Positions 51,293 through 61,989 of a stretch of DNA of 64,000 nt are shown one piece after another. The DNA is from Dudresnaya verticillata (taxonomy: Eukaryota), in NCBI GenBank assembly GCA_977862235.1, contig OZ374560.1, forward strand, positions 930,001 to 994,000, read 5' to 3'. Below the pieces are notes generated by a model. It was not told the origin of the DNA and made no database searches. It saw nothing but the letters and a program-made list of their open reading frames with translations. The stretch's first letter is position 1, and every line of letters begins with the position of its first letter. A program made the position numbers and the translations under genes.

Positions 51293-51891
51293 TGTGGAAT
51301 AACGGCGATTTGCGCCAAGCGGGCGTTCGACGCTGTAAGTCCGAACGGGCCAATGCCATGTAAGGCGGTGGCATTGCTGGACTGCGCCATGAGGCGACAC
51401 GTGATTGGCGCCTGGCGCGAAATCATTCGCGCCTCAGACGCGCAAGTGGCGCCTGATCATTGGTGTGGCGCTGGGATATTTCCCGATTATACGCCGCCAC
51501 AGGGGCGTAGACCCGCCTCCCATTGCTCAATGTAATTCGTGTACAGTGCACTGTAGTAGGTAGTATTTGCACGTGCACAAGCCCTATTTATTGGTCCCCT
51601 GAATAGCAGGGCACCCCTGATTGAACCCTACGGGGCGTTTCTCGGTCTTGATCATTTTCTGGATTCCGGGCGCTTCCCGTTCCCTTTTTGGACGCCAACT
51701 ACAGGCTCGTCACCGTACGGCAGGTTCCCTGCGGAATACCGAGTCGCGTCCCCCTTTTCCCTTTCCTTTTTCCTGGCCTAGCGCCATTCTATCAAGCCTC
51801 TACCACACCCGAGCTACCTGTGAGCACGACGGTTCCGGACAGGTGTCCTTTGCTCTTTTTGCTCTTCCTGGGCTGGACCCGTTGTGCTACA
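51293..51891 (+). mobile_element. Solo LTR (599 bp), distinct family
   Basis: TGTGGAATAAC...GTTGTGCTACA termini; TSD CCGCC (51288-51292, 51892-51896); empty site present at 20856-20860. Confidence 0.9.
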
Positions 51892-52805
51892 CCGCCATCA
51901 GATTGTATCGTAGCATCCGGAATTGGTTTACAGAGATCCCGAGCTCTGCTATAAAGCTGGGGTTGTAACATTGCCCCACGGAGACTAGAAGGTATCTTGT
52001 TATAATTAGACTTCGGTAACGTATCATGGAAAGCGCTCCATTGAGAAACAGAATGGCTTCATTCTTATTCGTTGCCTTTTCCATCAGCCCAGGGCACGTT
52101 TTTAATGCCCCAGGAGAAAAGAGGGCGGTTAGGCTGCTTTGTCATACACATCCGACTTCCGGATTCCCGCGATAACTGAATAGAAACCTGTCGACCGTCA
52201 TTATTCATTTATCGCGAGTTAACTGTATTGTAATGGGCAGTCAATGTCAATTGAAAACAGCTTACCTTTGATAGCTCTGCTCTCTCCCTCCTCCCCTTCA
52301 GTCTTTGCCTACGCAGGTCAACTACAACAATCGTATTGGCAATCACAAAGTTTTACCTTCCGTGCAGGAAAGACTGTGACGCTGACGCAGGCAGTCACAC
52401 GTTTCGCTGAGACGAATAGGAAACAGAAAAGTGCTCGAGTAATGCCCCTGAATCGTCATGAATATCGAATAGCCCTATAGGTAAATTTACACGTGCCAGT
52501 AGAGAAAATGTTAATCACCGAGTCAGAGTCAACTAATACTACTCCACGTAAATGAAATAACGTCTTGCTCCTCTTTCGTTAGTTCAGACTTTAATCTGAC
52601 CCTCTTGACTAGCTTAACTTGCTTTCGCGCTCGAAGAAAGCGATTCGGGAGCCAAACATAAAACGTCTGGGCTTTACTCTCCAGGCAGACAGCAAAAGTT
52701 TTCAACCCTTCCTTGACAGAGGATTTACGTCTGGCATGATCATGTTGTATGATCAGGATCGACTGTGACCAGTGTCGCTTCAATCTCGCGCCATCTAACT
52801 ATACC

Positions 52806-53960
52806 TTACGCCTCTTTCGCCAGAGCCTTCATTGCACTGTCGACGTCAGCATAATCAAATTGGAATCCATGTTGCAAAAGCCGCTTCGGAAGAACCTTTT
52901 GCCCCTCCAGAATCACCGAGGAACCATCCCCATAAGCAAACTTGAGCACCAACCCAGGAACAGGCACGAGATTTGGACGGTTCAAGGCTCCCGCCAAGGC
53001 CTTCGACAACCGCCCCATCGTAACTGGTTCCGGGCCCGTTCCGTTGTACACACCGCTCATCGTTTCATCCTCCCCAGCCTTGGTGAACACGCGAACCAAA
53101 TCATCAATATGCACCCAAGATACCCACTGCTGTCCAGATCCAATCGGACCACCAACAAACCGCTGAAACGCAGGGCGCATCCTCTCAAATGCTCCACCAC
53201 CAACTCCCATGACAACACCGATACGCACGATCACTAATCTCGTCTCTGGAACGTCCCTCAAGCCCTCCGTGGCAGCCTTCTCCCACTGTACGCACACATC
53301 CGCCAGGAAATCATCCTTCGCGGAGGAACTCATCTCGTCAAAGTCTGCGGTATTAGACACTCCATAGTACCCTACTCCGGAAGCAGAAACCATGCAACGG
53401 GGACGCTCGTTCGGTGGAAGTTGGGCGATCGCCTTGACGAGCGCAGTGGTGCTCGACACGCGCGAGTTGAAGATTCCACGGCGGCCTTTGTCGTCCCATC
53501 GCGACACGACTCGTTCCCCAGCGATATTGACAACGAGGTCCGCGTTCGCTAGCGCGCTCTCCCAGCCCATCCAGTCGTTGCCCACAGCCGCGAGCTTGTC
53601 CGGGGCCCACACTTGCACGTTGACTCCAGCAGGGACCTTTGACGCGGATGAGGCCGAGCGCGATAGGACTGTCACGGAGATACCTTGCTTCAGGAGAGCG
53701 GCGGCCAAGTGAGAGCCGATAAAGCCTGTACCACCCGCGATCACAACTTTTTGGAGAGACATGGAGGCGGAGCGATGCCGCCGTGGGGAACGAGCTTGTT
53801 CAGAAATGGTCTGCAGTGTGGGGTTTCGGGCACGGTGTGTGCCCAGGAAGGGCGTTCGGTACGGGCATGAGCGCTTTGGGGTTCGCGAAGGAGCCACAAC
53901 AGAGTTGTGTACAAACGTTGCATTTGTCGTGAGCACCGGTGCGAAAGCTACTCGCGGCAT
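52806..53960 (-). CDS. SDR39U1: TIGR01777-family NAD-dependent epimerase (SDR39U1/YfcH; plant GC1/SulA-like), probably plastid-targeted
   Basis: GGTGFIG Rossmann motif, VVNIAGE, SASGVGYYG, FLADVCVQWE, GGPIGSGQQWVSWVHIDD, GQKVLPKRL; ~65-aa Ser/Arg/Pro-rich N-terminal extension starting MPRVAF; intact and intronless. Confidence 0.95.
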   Translation of the reverse strand: MPRVAFAPVLTTNATFVHNSVVAPSRTPKRSCPYRTPFLGTHRARNPTLQTISEQARSPRRHRSASMSLQKVVIAGGTGFIGSHLAAALLKQGISVTVLSRSASSASKVPAGVNVQVWAPDKLAAVGNDWMGWESALANADLVVNIAGERVVSRWDDKGRRGIFNSRVSSTTALVKAIAQLPPNERPRCMVSASGVGYYGVSNTADFDEMSSSAKDDFLADVCVQWEKAATEGLRDVPETRLVIVRIGVVMGVGGGAFERMRPAFQRFVGGPIGSGQQWVSWVHIDDLVRVFTKAGEDETMSGVYNGTGPEPVTMGRLSKALAGALNRPNLVPVPGLVLKFAYGDGSSVILEGQKVLPKRLLQHGFQFDYADVDSAMKALAKEA

Positions 53961-54772
53961 TTTGGGCTGGCTTACGACGATACGCGACTCCGAAGTTGTC
54001 GTCTTGGACTTTGAGGGAACAAGGGCGCACAGTTGCTGAGAGGAGCTGGGAATGGTGTTGGAACTGTTCGCCGTTCCTACTTGTCAATGAGGAGAAGTGG
54101 CGATTCTCCTTCAGCAGACAGCCGAGCTGATCCCAGAAATGGACAGCTGTGGTGGGTCCTTTGGCCACCTGTGAATGTTGTGGGATATTTTTCTTTACAG
54201 TCACATCGGAGGTCACAACGCGAGCTCGCCGTGTGACTCCCCGCTTCGCGCTGGGTTCTACAGCTCGCGAAATAAAGATACTGTACGACCACCGGTCCCC
54301 GTCGGGGGGTTTCGGGGCGTACAGTAGCGCCAGTATATATACTGTACCGTTTTCGTACGTCGGATGGGTTGATTCTGCACGTACAGTACGAACTGTAGAT
54401 AAACCATGTTTCCTGACTGATTGAAGAAAGGCTTGAAGCAAGGCTTGAATTGTTTCAAGGATTCCACGTACAATATGTGTCGTCTGGGCCTGCCGCCTTT
54501 CCGACCTGCATGGAGAGTATTGTTTTCTGTATGGACGCACGGAACGTGGAAGGGACGTAGAACTCGCGGGCAGGGGGCGGGTGGGGTTTCTGTTCTGACT
54601 GCGAGACCATGTGTCGTGTGAACCGGGCCGGCTGAAGGACCCCCGATGATCAGCGGAATGGTGGGTTATTGGTGCACGATTCAGATAAATTAAGGTCCTC
54701 CCGGACTTATCTGCTGACGTACTTTTCGCGGTTTGGCGCTGTTGCAGGAAGTTTGGAATTTTCCCCCGTTCT

Positions 54773-55263
54773 TGGACTCAAGGCCTTCTCGTTCCAGTCC
54801 ACAAGGGCGGACCGACAGATGATCCCGCAAATTACAGACCGCTCTGCATGCTAGGACATCTACGGAAAGTCATTGAGCGAGCTATTGCGTACGAGGTGGA
54901 AGCAGTCTTCGCTCCGCACCGGATGCAGCTTGGGATCCAACCCCTTCTGCGGTCAGATATGGCTGCTGTACTCACGCTTGCAGCAAGCGCTGCTGGAGAT
55001 GACTACATTGGTGTACTGGACCTGAAGAGCGCATATGGCCGAGTAGACAGACATAAGCTACTCGCATGCTGTGAAGACCGGCTGCCACCGCACTTGACTA
55101 CCATGATCAACACCCTCGTGGCAATACAAATCCGCACGGCAGGTGATGCAAGTAACGAAACTGCAGAAGTACGACGTGGCGTGATACAGGGATACACGCT
55201 AAGCCCAATCCTCTTGAACATCTTCATCGATTCCATGAACTACGACCTCTGCAGTGCACTCGG
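54773..55263 (+). pseudogene. Non-LTR (LINE) reverse transcriptase, 5' part
   Basis: VPVHKGGPTDDPANYRPL, LDLKSAYGRV, GVIQGYTLSPILLNIFID; 5'-truncated. Confidence 0.9.
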
Positions 55264-55670
55264 TGTCATTGGGCCGCCGCCCGATATTATATTTTGAAAC
55301 GCGCTGGCCACGTGTACAACGCGGCCGGCGCGACGGCGGCGCAACCTTTATCACAGCTGCGTGAGCTCGCCCAGCTACAGCCCGCCGAGAGACAGAGACG
55401 AAGAATAAGCATAACGTTGGACGTGGTCCGTTGTGCAATTGCCGCTAGGTCGTACGCCTGGGCTCCTTCGTCAGTAAAGTTTTATTTTCTCTACCCTCTC
55501 TTCTCTACTACTGTTGACTACCGTGCGTGATTGTACACGTTTCGCAACAGTACGGCTCAGAACACGTTACACGACAATCCGGATTCGTATCGTCACTTCT
55601 GTGCCGATCGCTTCAAGAGAGAGGTCTCTAACGCCGTCAAGTCGAGTCGAGTATTTTCGCACTTGCCAAG

Positions 55671-57631
55671 ATGCCGCTGTCTCGAACTCAGTTCAAGACT
55701 AAGCACGATGCCATACTTCGACGTATCTCAACGTCCAACGTCAAGGACGATGTCTCCCTATCTCTGCTAGCCGCCGCAAAGTCTGTCCTCTACGACTATG
55801 CGCCCTCTAGCGCCGAAGATGGAAGCGCATCGCAAAGCTTTGCACTCCCTGAAGCTGAAGACGTTCTGTGTGCGCTACGCGACGCTCTTATCGCGTCATC
55901 AGAGACATTCGTGGAAGCACCTTCAAGCAACCGCTACGCCCGATCGTCATTCTGCACGATGTCGCAAACCTATATGGCTTTGGACCTATCCCGCAAGATT
56001 TTTTGCAGGCGTCTGGAGTTGAGCTCGCCGGACCCGAACGACGTAATGTCGAGTTATGGGTTTGGTTGTGCTACTTGGTTCAGGTTGATGCTTCGTCATG
56101 TAAGAACATCGTGAAGTTGTTCGTCGAGTGCCGTGGCAGTCCAACACCGCTCACGGGCAATATTGCCCCCGGTGCCCCGCTTGGATCGCCTACCGGTGAG
56201 ACCCGTCCTGATCAGCCTCCAATGAGTGCTATCCGTCTCACTTTTGCTGGGAACAGCGGTACGGATCGTGGTGTTCAGGAGCGCTCTCAAGATCATCGTG
56301 GTGGAGCGCCTACAAGCCGTGACCCGCCTCTCCCTAACCACGGGACTGGCCCCGGCCGCGGAACTATGGGTCCACCTCCGGACCCAGCCTCATCTGCACC
56401 GTTTGCCTTTCACCCCGCTGGTCGTCATAACAATGATGACTCGAGGAAGTCAAACTATGTGCAACAAATGTTCAAGGACAATAAGTTCAGCGGAGAACTT
56501 AACCAAGACATCTTGGAAACCTTGAAACTTTATGGTATCTGTGCACGTCAGCATAGCCTGAGCCAGTCGCAGAAGGCGGACTTCTTCGTTCACATCTTGG
56601 AAGGCTCCGCTAGGAAGTTTTTCTTCGACAACGCTAATGAGATGATGTCATACAACGAGATGGCTCAGATTATGTTAAAGGAGTATGTCAGCGATGCAAG
56701 GCAGCTACAGGTTAAAGGTATCCTGGAGACGTTACGCCTTCGCACATTTATGAAGGACAGAGAACTAGAAGATGTCTCGGAAGGGCTAACTAAGATGGTA
56801 GCCCACCTCAACGAGCTCTCACCACAGTGCCCCCCTGACTTTCGGTCTGATGCTCATAAGATCGACTTCCTTCGCAAAGCAGTCGTGGAGTTCCAAGATT
56901 GGTCTCGCATCCCCATCCAGAACATTACATCTCAAAAGCATTCGTTCAACGGGTTTGTTACCGCTCTACATGAAGCGATACAAAACCTACGGCAACTAGA
57001 GCTCCTTACTGGCGAGCATGATCGTTCGCGCAGCTCTTTTACTGGACATGCTGAGTCCCCGTTCCAGACCAACATGGCCCAGTACGGACGCAATCCCAGG
57101 TTTGTCAGCAAGTTTGGCAAACGAAACCAGAACAGCGGCCGTTTTCAGGGACCACGTAATCGTACGCCGGTCAGGTCTGCGTCCTTCGAAGAAGCACGCC
57201 GCCGCAATGAGTGTCACAAATGTGGTGCTGCTAATTGGCGTCCCGGTCATAGATGTGGTAAGGGCACCATCCACGCTTATGCTCGCAACCGTTTACAAAA
57301 CGGCGATTCATCTGTCCATATCGTTGCCGATCTCGTTCAACAACTGGAGGGAGAGCAAGATAGCTGCAGCGATGATGAAACTGAATCCACTCCTCACGAC
57401 AATGGTGATCGTGATGTGCATTTCACGAACCAGCAAACCGATTTGGACACGTTCGACTCACTCTGTAGAGAGCAGGATGACCCTGATTCTCACCTGACCA
57501 CGTATGTCAGCGCCCTTGAGGCAGTGGACAGCGGGATATACGCCTCTCATATCGCTGCGTCTATGAATAGTGATAAACGTGACAAAGTCGCACCGAGTGT
57601 GCCGGGTTTTCGGCTCGGCGACGACCAGTAA
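55671..57631 (+). CDS. gag: Copia gag (main frame 55868-57631; probable N-terminus from ATG 55671 in another frame)
   Basis: KFSGE..LEGSARKFF capsid-like region; CHKCGAANWRPGHRC knuckle. Confidence 0.8.
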
Positions 57632-57663
57632 CCCCGCTGCTACGTCGCCGAATGAACCAGCGG
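57604..57663 (+). promoter_or_regulatory. Predicted -1 programmed ribosomal frameshift signal (G_GGU_UUU plus pseudoknot)
   Basis: Heptamer 57604-57610 in gag phase; stem 57615-57623/57643-57651; second stem 57634-57639/57658-57663; -1 frame open into pol. Confidence 0.8.
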
Positions 57664-60600
57664 TGGGATGGATCTCACCGCACTGCACGCCCTAAGTTCC
57701 GACGGAATCGGCAAGAACCACAATGGGAGAATGTGGACATGAGTGATATCTACGTCACGCACATCGCAAGGGAGACAAGGTTCAAGGCGCGCCCTGTTGG
57801 CTTCTGTTGCGACATTGGCGCCCCAAAGAGTGTCATCGGCAGAAAGGAGCTGAATCGGATCTTCAACGAGATGGGCATCCATCGTCGTAACATCATGCCT
57901 TCTCGCAATCGATTCCGTTTCGCTGACTCAGTCTACGAATCAATGGGAAGAGTATCGATACCGCTGTTGACGCCACCTAGCCTCCCTACTGTCAACGTCG
58001 TGATGGACATAGTCGACGCTGATATCCCTGCTCTACTCGGTATGGATGTACTAGACAAGGAATCGCTAACACCCTGTACAGTCTCAAACCGCCTGATCCG
58101 TCGCATTGCACGCCCGACGCCCGACGGAAAGAAGACTTATCTGGACGACTGGCATGTACCGCTTCGGCGTTCTGAAAGCAACCACTTGTACGCAGAGATG
58201 CACTTCCCTCCCGCAATGTACTTTACTCGAACCCAACTGCATCGACTGCACAGGCAGTTCTTCCATCCCAGCTCGAGAAAGCTGTTCGACCTTTTGAGAC
58301 GTGCAAGGCCAGACAAGGTCACACCCGAAACATTGCAAACGCTGGAAGATCTGGCGAAGCGATGCGATCCGTGCCAGAGGATACAGCACGCACCCGTCCG
58401 CTTCCGCATCACGCTCGGCGCGGAGAACATTCGTTTCAATGAACGTCTCTTCATTGACATCATGTACATCGATGGCGATCCTGTACTGCATATTGTCGAC
58501 GAAGGCACCAAGTTCGGCGCTGCTCGCTTCCTATCGGAAGTGTCAACCAAAGCTGTATGGAAGACAATCGTTGAGTGCTGGGCCTCAATTTATACTGGGT
58601 TACCCAACCGCATCTTAACCGATCAAGGATCCCAGTTTGGCGAATTGTTCATCCACTTAGCACGTCTGTCCAATGTGGAAGTGAACCGCACTGGAGTAGA
58701 AGCGCACAGCAGCCTCGGGCTTCTCGAACGCTACCATGAGCCGCTTCGCACAACCTACCGCAAGATCATGCTTGCTCAGCCTGAAACTGACAAACGCCTC
58801 GCATTGGCAGTGGCAGTGAAGGCTATGAATGATACCCTCGGTCCGGAGGGATGGGTACCTTCCGCGCTCGTCTTTGGGGAACTTCCTCACGCCTACACTA
58901 GATCTGAAGTAAGACCAGAAAGGGCAACGATGGCAGAAAGAGCCGCATTAGCTGGTATTGCACGAGAGGAGGTACAAAGGATAATGGCCGAAATGAAGAC
59001 GAAGCGTGCTTTGCATCACGCAGTACCACCTGCAGCAGACCGCTCATATGAGCCTGGAGACAAAGTGTTGGTCTGGAGGGAGAAGCTAATCGCTAACCGA
59101 ATTGGAGAGTGGCTTGGCCCGTTCGAGGTCGATGAAGTGGATTATGACAAGAAGCTTGTTTTTGTACGCGATGGACCAGTCGGTCCGAGTCGCCCCTTCA
59201 ATGTGACGCAAGTGAAGCCCTACCTCACACCGGAGCTGTTGGCACATAGTTTCATTGTGGACATACATTCTGGACTTCGCCGATTCTCGTCGCCAAAAGA
59301 GGAATGGATCCACATGACCGAAGTGCTTGATCCAGACGACGAAAGAGCCAGGGGCATTGAGATGACTGAAGCAAAGAAACGAGAGATCGGAAACTTGCTT
59401 CGCCGCGGGACATTCAAGGTGATACTGAAAGAGGACATACCAAAGGATGGAAACGTGCTCCCGGGTCGTTTTGTTCTCGCTCTAAAGTCAACCATAGACG
59501 GCAAGGTCAAATACAAGGCTAGATATGTGATAGGTGGGCATAGGGATAAGCTGAAACACTACATGGTCCATTCGTCAACGACCCTTCAACCCCAGTCAGT
59601 GCGACTACTTCTCGCTCTTGCGGGAATATTTGGGTTCGACTTATGGACGTCGGACATTACTCAGGCTTATCTGCAGTCTGCAGAACCACTCTCACGGGAC
59701 ATTTACATTGATAAGCCAGCTCCCGAATTTGAGCTGAGTGCTGAGCAATGCCTGAAGGTACTGCGCCCCCTCTACGGGCTATGCGACGCTGGCGATCTAT
59801 GGCATAAAACGCTCGACGAGCATCACCGCCAAGAACTTGGCATGAATTCATTTAAGCTGGACCCAGCATTGTACTACCTTTTATCGGACGGCATGTTGAA
59901 GGGACTGAGTGGAAGCTATGTGGACGATTTGATAAGAGCTGGTGACAAGGACTTCCGCGCTTTTTCGAAGCGGACAAACGAACGCTTCGAGATGAAGGAG
60001 GAAGGCAATCTACCTTCTGAGTTCACCGGTTTCGTTATTGATCACGACAAGGACGGGGATTTTGTTGTCGACCAGAACGCGTACTTGCGTAAGCTGGAAG
60101 AACTCCCGGGAGACGCCAGCTCCTCACACTTCCGTTCTGCACGGATGAAGTTAGCCTGGCTTGCTAACTCAAGACCTGACTGCCTGCTTGAGATCGCTAA
60201 ACTCGCGCAAGTCACTGAGAAGCAGTTCGAAGACTCGCCTGTGAAATGCATAAGGAGGCTGAACAAGGCGGTGCGGTACGCTGTTACCAACAGAGTAAGG
60301 CTGCAGCTGTCGACGCTGGACAAGGACACGATAAGGGTCATTGGTTTTTCTGACTCATCCTTTGCGAACAACGCCGACCTTAGCTCGCAGTTAGGTCATG
60401 TTGTCTTTATCGGTGACGCAAGCGAAAACATCGTACCGTTCTCATTCAAGTCATACAAGTCTCGCCGAGTGACCCGGTCGGCGATGTCTGGAGAGGTTAT
60501 CGCGTTTAGCGACATGTTCGACATCGCAATTGCTCTTGCTCATGAACGATCTACTGTTTTGGGTAGAGGCATTCCCGTACAGCTGCTCACAGACAGCAAG

Positions 60601-60849
60601 AGCCTCTTCGACGTAATTTCGAAGGGCTCACGCACGTCGGAGAAGCGAACTATGATCGACATCGCGGCTGCGCGAGAAGCTTTTCGTGACCGAGTGATCT
60701 CCGACATAGGATTCGTACGAAGTAGTAAGAACGTCGCCGACGGACGTACGAAGCCCATGACCCAAGCCATGCTCAGGAACATAATCACCTCGGGCAAACT
60801 CAACGTGCTACCAGACCAGTGGATTATTCGAGACGCCGAAGTAACTTGA
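57652..60849 (+). CDS. pol: Copia pol (protease, integrase, RT, RNase H), intact, 1065+ aa
   Basis: CDIGAP, HRQFFH..CDPC, TDQGSQF, WLGPF, KYKARYVIGG, YVDD, FSDSSF, TDSKSL, NVADG.TK. Confidence 0.96.
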   Translation: MNQRWDGSHRTARPKFRRNRQEPQWENVDMSDIYVTHIARETRFKARPVGFCCDIGAPKSVIGRKELNRIFNEMGIHRRNIMPSRNRFRFADSVYESMGRVSIPLLTPPSLPTVNVVMDIVDADIPALLGMDVLDKESLTPCTVSNRLIRRIARPTPDGKKTYLDDWHVPLRRSESNHLYAEMHFPPAMYFTRTQLHRLHRQFFHPSSRKLFDLLRRARPDKVTPETLQTLEDLAKRCDPCQRIQHAPVRFRITLGAENIRFNERLFIDIMYIDGDPVLHIVDEGTKFGAARFLSEVSTKAVWKTIVECWASIYTGLPNRILTDQGSQFGELFIHLARLSNVEVNRTGVEAHSSLGLLERYHEPLRTTYRKIMLAQPETDKRLALAVAVKAMNDTLGPEGWVPSALVFGELPHAYTRSEVRPERATMAERAALAGIAREEVQRIMAEMKTKRALHHAVPPAADRSYEPGDKVLVWREKLIANRIGEWLGPFEVDEVDYDKKLVFVRDGPVGPSRPFNVTQVKPYLTPELLAHSFIVDIHSGLRRFSSPKEEWIHMTEVLDPDDERARGIEMTEAKKREIGNLLRRGTFKVILKEDIPKDGNVLPGRFVLALKSTIDGKVKYKARYVIGGHRDKLKHYMVHSSTTLQPQSVRLLLALAGIFGFDLWTSDITQAYLQSAEPLSRDIYIDKPAPEFELSAEQCLKVLRPLYGLCDAGDLWHKTLDEHHRQELGMNSFKLDPALYYLLSDGMLKGLSGSYVDDLIRAGDKDFRAFSKRTNERFEMKEEGNLPSEFTGFVIDHDKDGDFVVDQNAYLRKLEELPGDASSSHFRSARMKLAWLANSRPDCLLEIAKLAQVTEKQFEDSPVKCIRRLNKAVRYAVTNRVRLQLSTLDKDTIRVIGFSDSSFANNADLSSQLGHVVFIGDASENIVPFSFKSYKSRRVTRSAMSGEVIAFSDMFDIAIALAHERSTVLGRGIPVQLLTDSKSLFDVISKGSRTSEKRTMIDIAAAREAFRDRVISDIGFVRSSKNVADGRTKPMTQAMLRNIITSGKLNVLPDQWIIRDAEVT

Positions 60850-60861
60850 GTCTTTATTGTT

Positions 60862-61989
60862 CTACCACTTATGAAAGATTTCAAGCGCCTCCGCAATGTA
60901 CAAGTTTTCCCGGCCGGCGCCCCCGCACATGTACAGTGAGTCAGCGCAGAGGTGAATAGCGTTGTCCACGGCAGAGTCAACTATGACTCCGTTCTGTGCG
61001 TCAACCAAGACGCAATGGTCAACGCGCGGCTCGCGTGTCTGCAACAAGCGGACGAGATATCGCCCGGCTTTCTTCGCTGCTAGGATCTCAAACGAGTCAC
61101 CGCACCTTCCCTCACGTATCGCCTTCATATCCTGAGGTTTTCGCACATTCAACTTCAGTCGCAGTCCGCGCAGGAAAGGACCAACTTGTCCTAAATTTCG
61201 GAAGTGCTTTTGTGTTCCCCGAAATGCTTCGGAGATTTTCATAGCCACATCTGGACCCAGAAGTGAGAAGACGCAGTTAATTGCTGCGAATGGGATACAA
61301 TCGAGACCACAAGAGGATTCGTGGATTGCTTTGCTGTTGGGCAAAAGGAAATGCCGAAGTTCGGTGTTGCCTTCGCGAGCACCTGGACCAGCGGTGATTA
61401 CTGCCACGCCGGGATTCTGCCGACAAAATAGTTTCGCGGCACTCAGAGCAACATGACCTCGTTCTCCTGACGCTTGAAGACGTGTAACACGTGGCACAGG
61501 TACCGGACAAGAGTCGCGAATTGGTGTGGTTCGCGCAGTAACTCTTCTCGTCGCGTACGATATGGTACGAGCTTCGCAAAACGGTTCAGTAATCGTCCCT
61601 TCATCGACGCACCAAAAGCTCTCAACACCCCCGTCCCCTCTGGCAGATGCATACCAAGAACCCTTCCTCAGTTCCAGCCCTGCAGTTTGCGAGCCGTCAC
61701 CCAGCATAATTGCATCGATCTGCCACTTTGCATCACTCGTGGTAGAGTCGGTAACGCAAACGGAGTCGATATCAGTGTCCACCGTGGACAGCGATGACAG
61801 CGATGGAGATGCCGGCGGCACAAGTGTGGGAGTTTGTGAAGGAAGATCGAAGCCGGTAGCTTGTTGCACAGGCTGTTCTGATGGCAAAGATCGCGCCGGT
61901 GATTTCGCAGATTTTGGCTTCAGGATGCGCGGGGATTTTGTGGAAGGGCCGCGCCGAAGCGAGGGGGAAACATGTTGTGTGCGTGCCAT
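60862..61989 (-). CDS. Antisense extra ORF of the Copia element, 375 aa; candidate papain-fold cysteine protease C-terminus
   Basis: Intact ATG ORF tail-to-tail with pol; disordered S/P/K-rich N-terminus; C-terminal DCIPFAAINC...HCVLVD...IVDS pattern. Confidence 0.75.
   Translation of the reverse strand: MARTQHVSPSLRRGPSTKSPRILKPKSAKSPARSLPSEQPVQQATGFDLPSQTPTLVPPASPSLSSLSTVDTDIDSVCVTDSTTSDAKWQIDAIMLGDGSQTAGLELRKGSWYASARGDGGVESFWCVDEGTITEPFCEARTISYATRRVTARTTPIRDSCPVPVPRVTRLQASGERGHVALSAAKLFCRQNPGVAVITAGPGAREGNTELRHFLLPNSKAIHESSCGLDCIPFAAINCVFSLLGPDVAMKISEAFRGTQKHFRNLGQVGPFLRGLRLKLNVRKPQDMKAIREGRCGDSFEILAAKKAGRYLVRLLQTREPRVDHCVLVDAQNGVIVDSAVDNAIHLCADSLYMCGGAGRENLYIAEALEIFHKW

Larger units (their letters stand above)
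48522..52136 (+). repeat. Rearranged direct duplicate of 17149-21100
   Basis: Colinear high identity across element junctions; 19049-20273 is replaced by an inverted copy of 19435-19711 (50412-50694); extra solo LTR at 51293-51891. Confidence 0.92.

Noticed and set aside
53800..54540. 246-aa ORF overlapping the epimerase start
   Set aside because: Out of frame with the real gene and not protein-like; promoter/5' UTR region.
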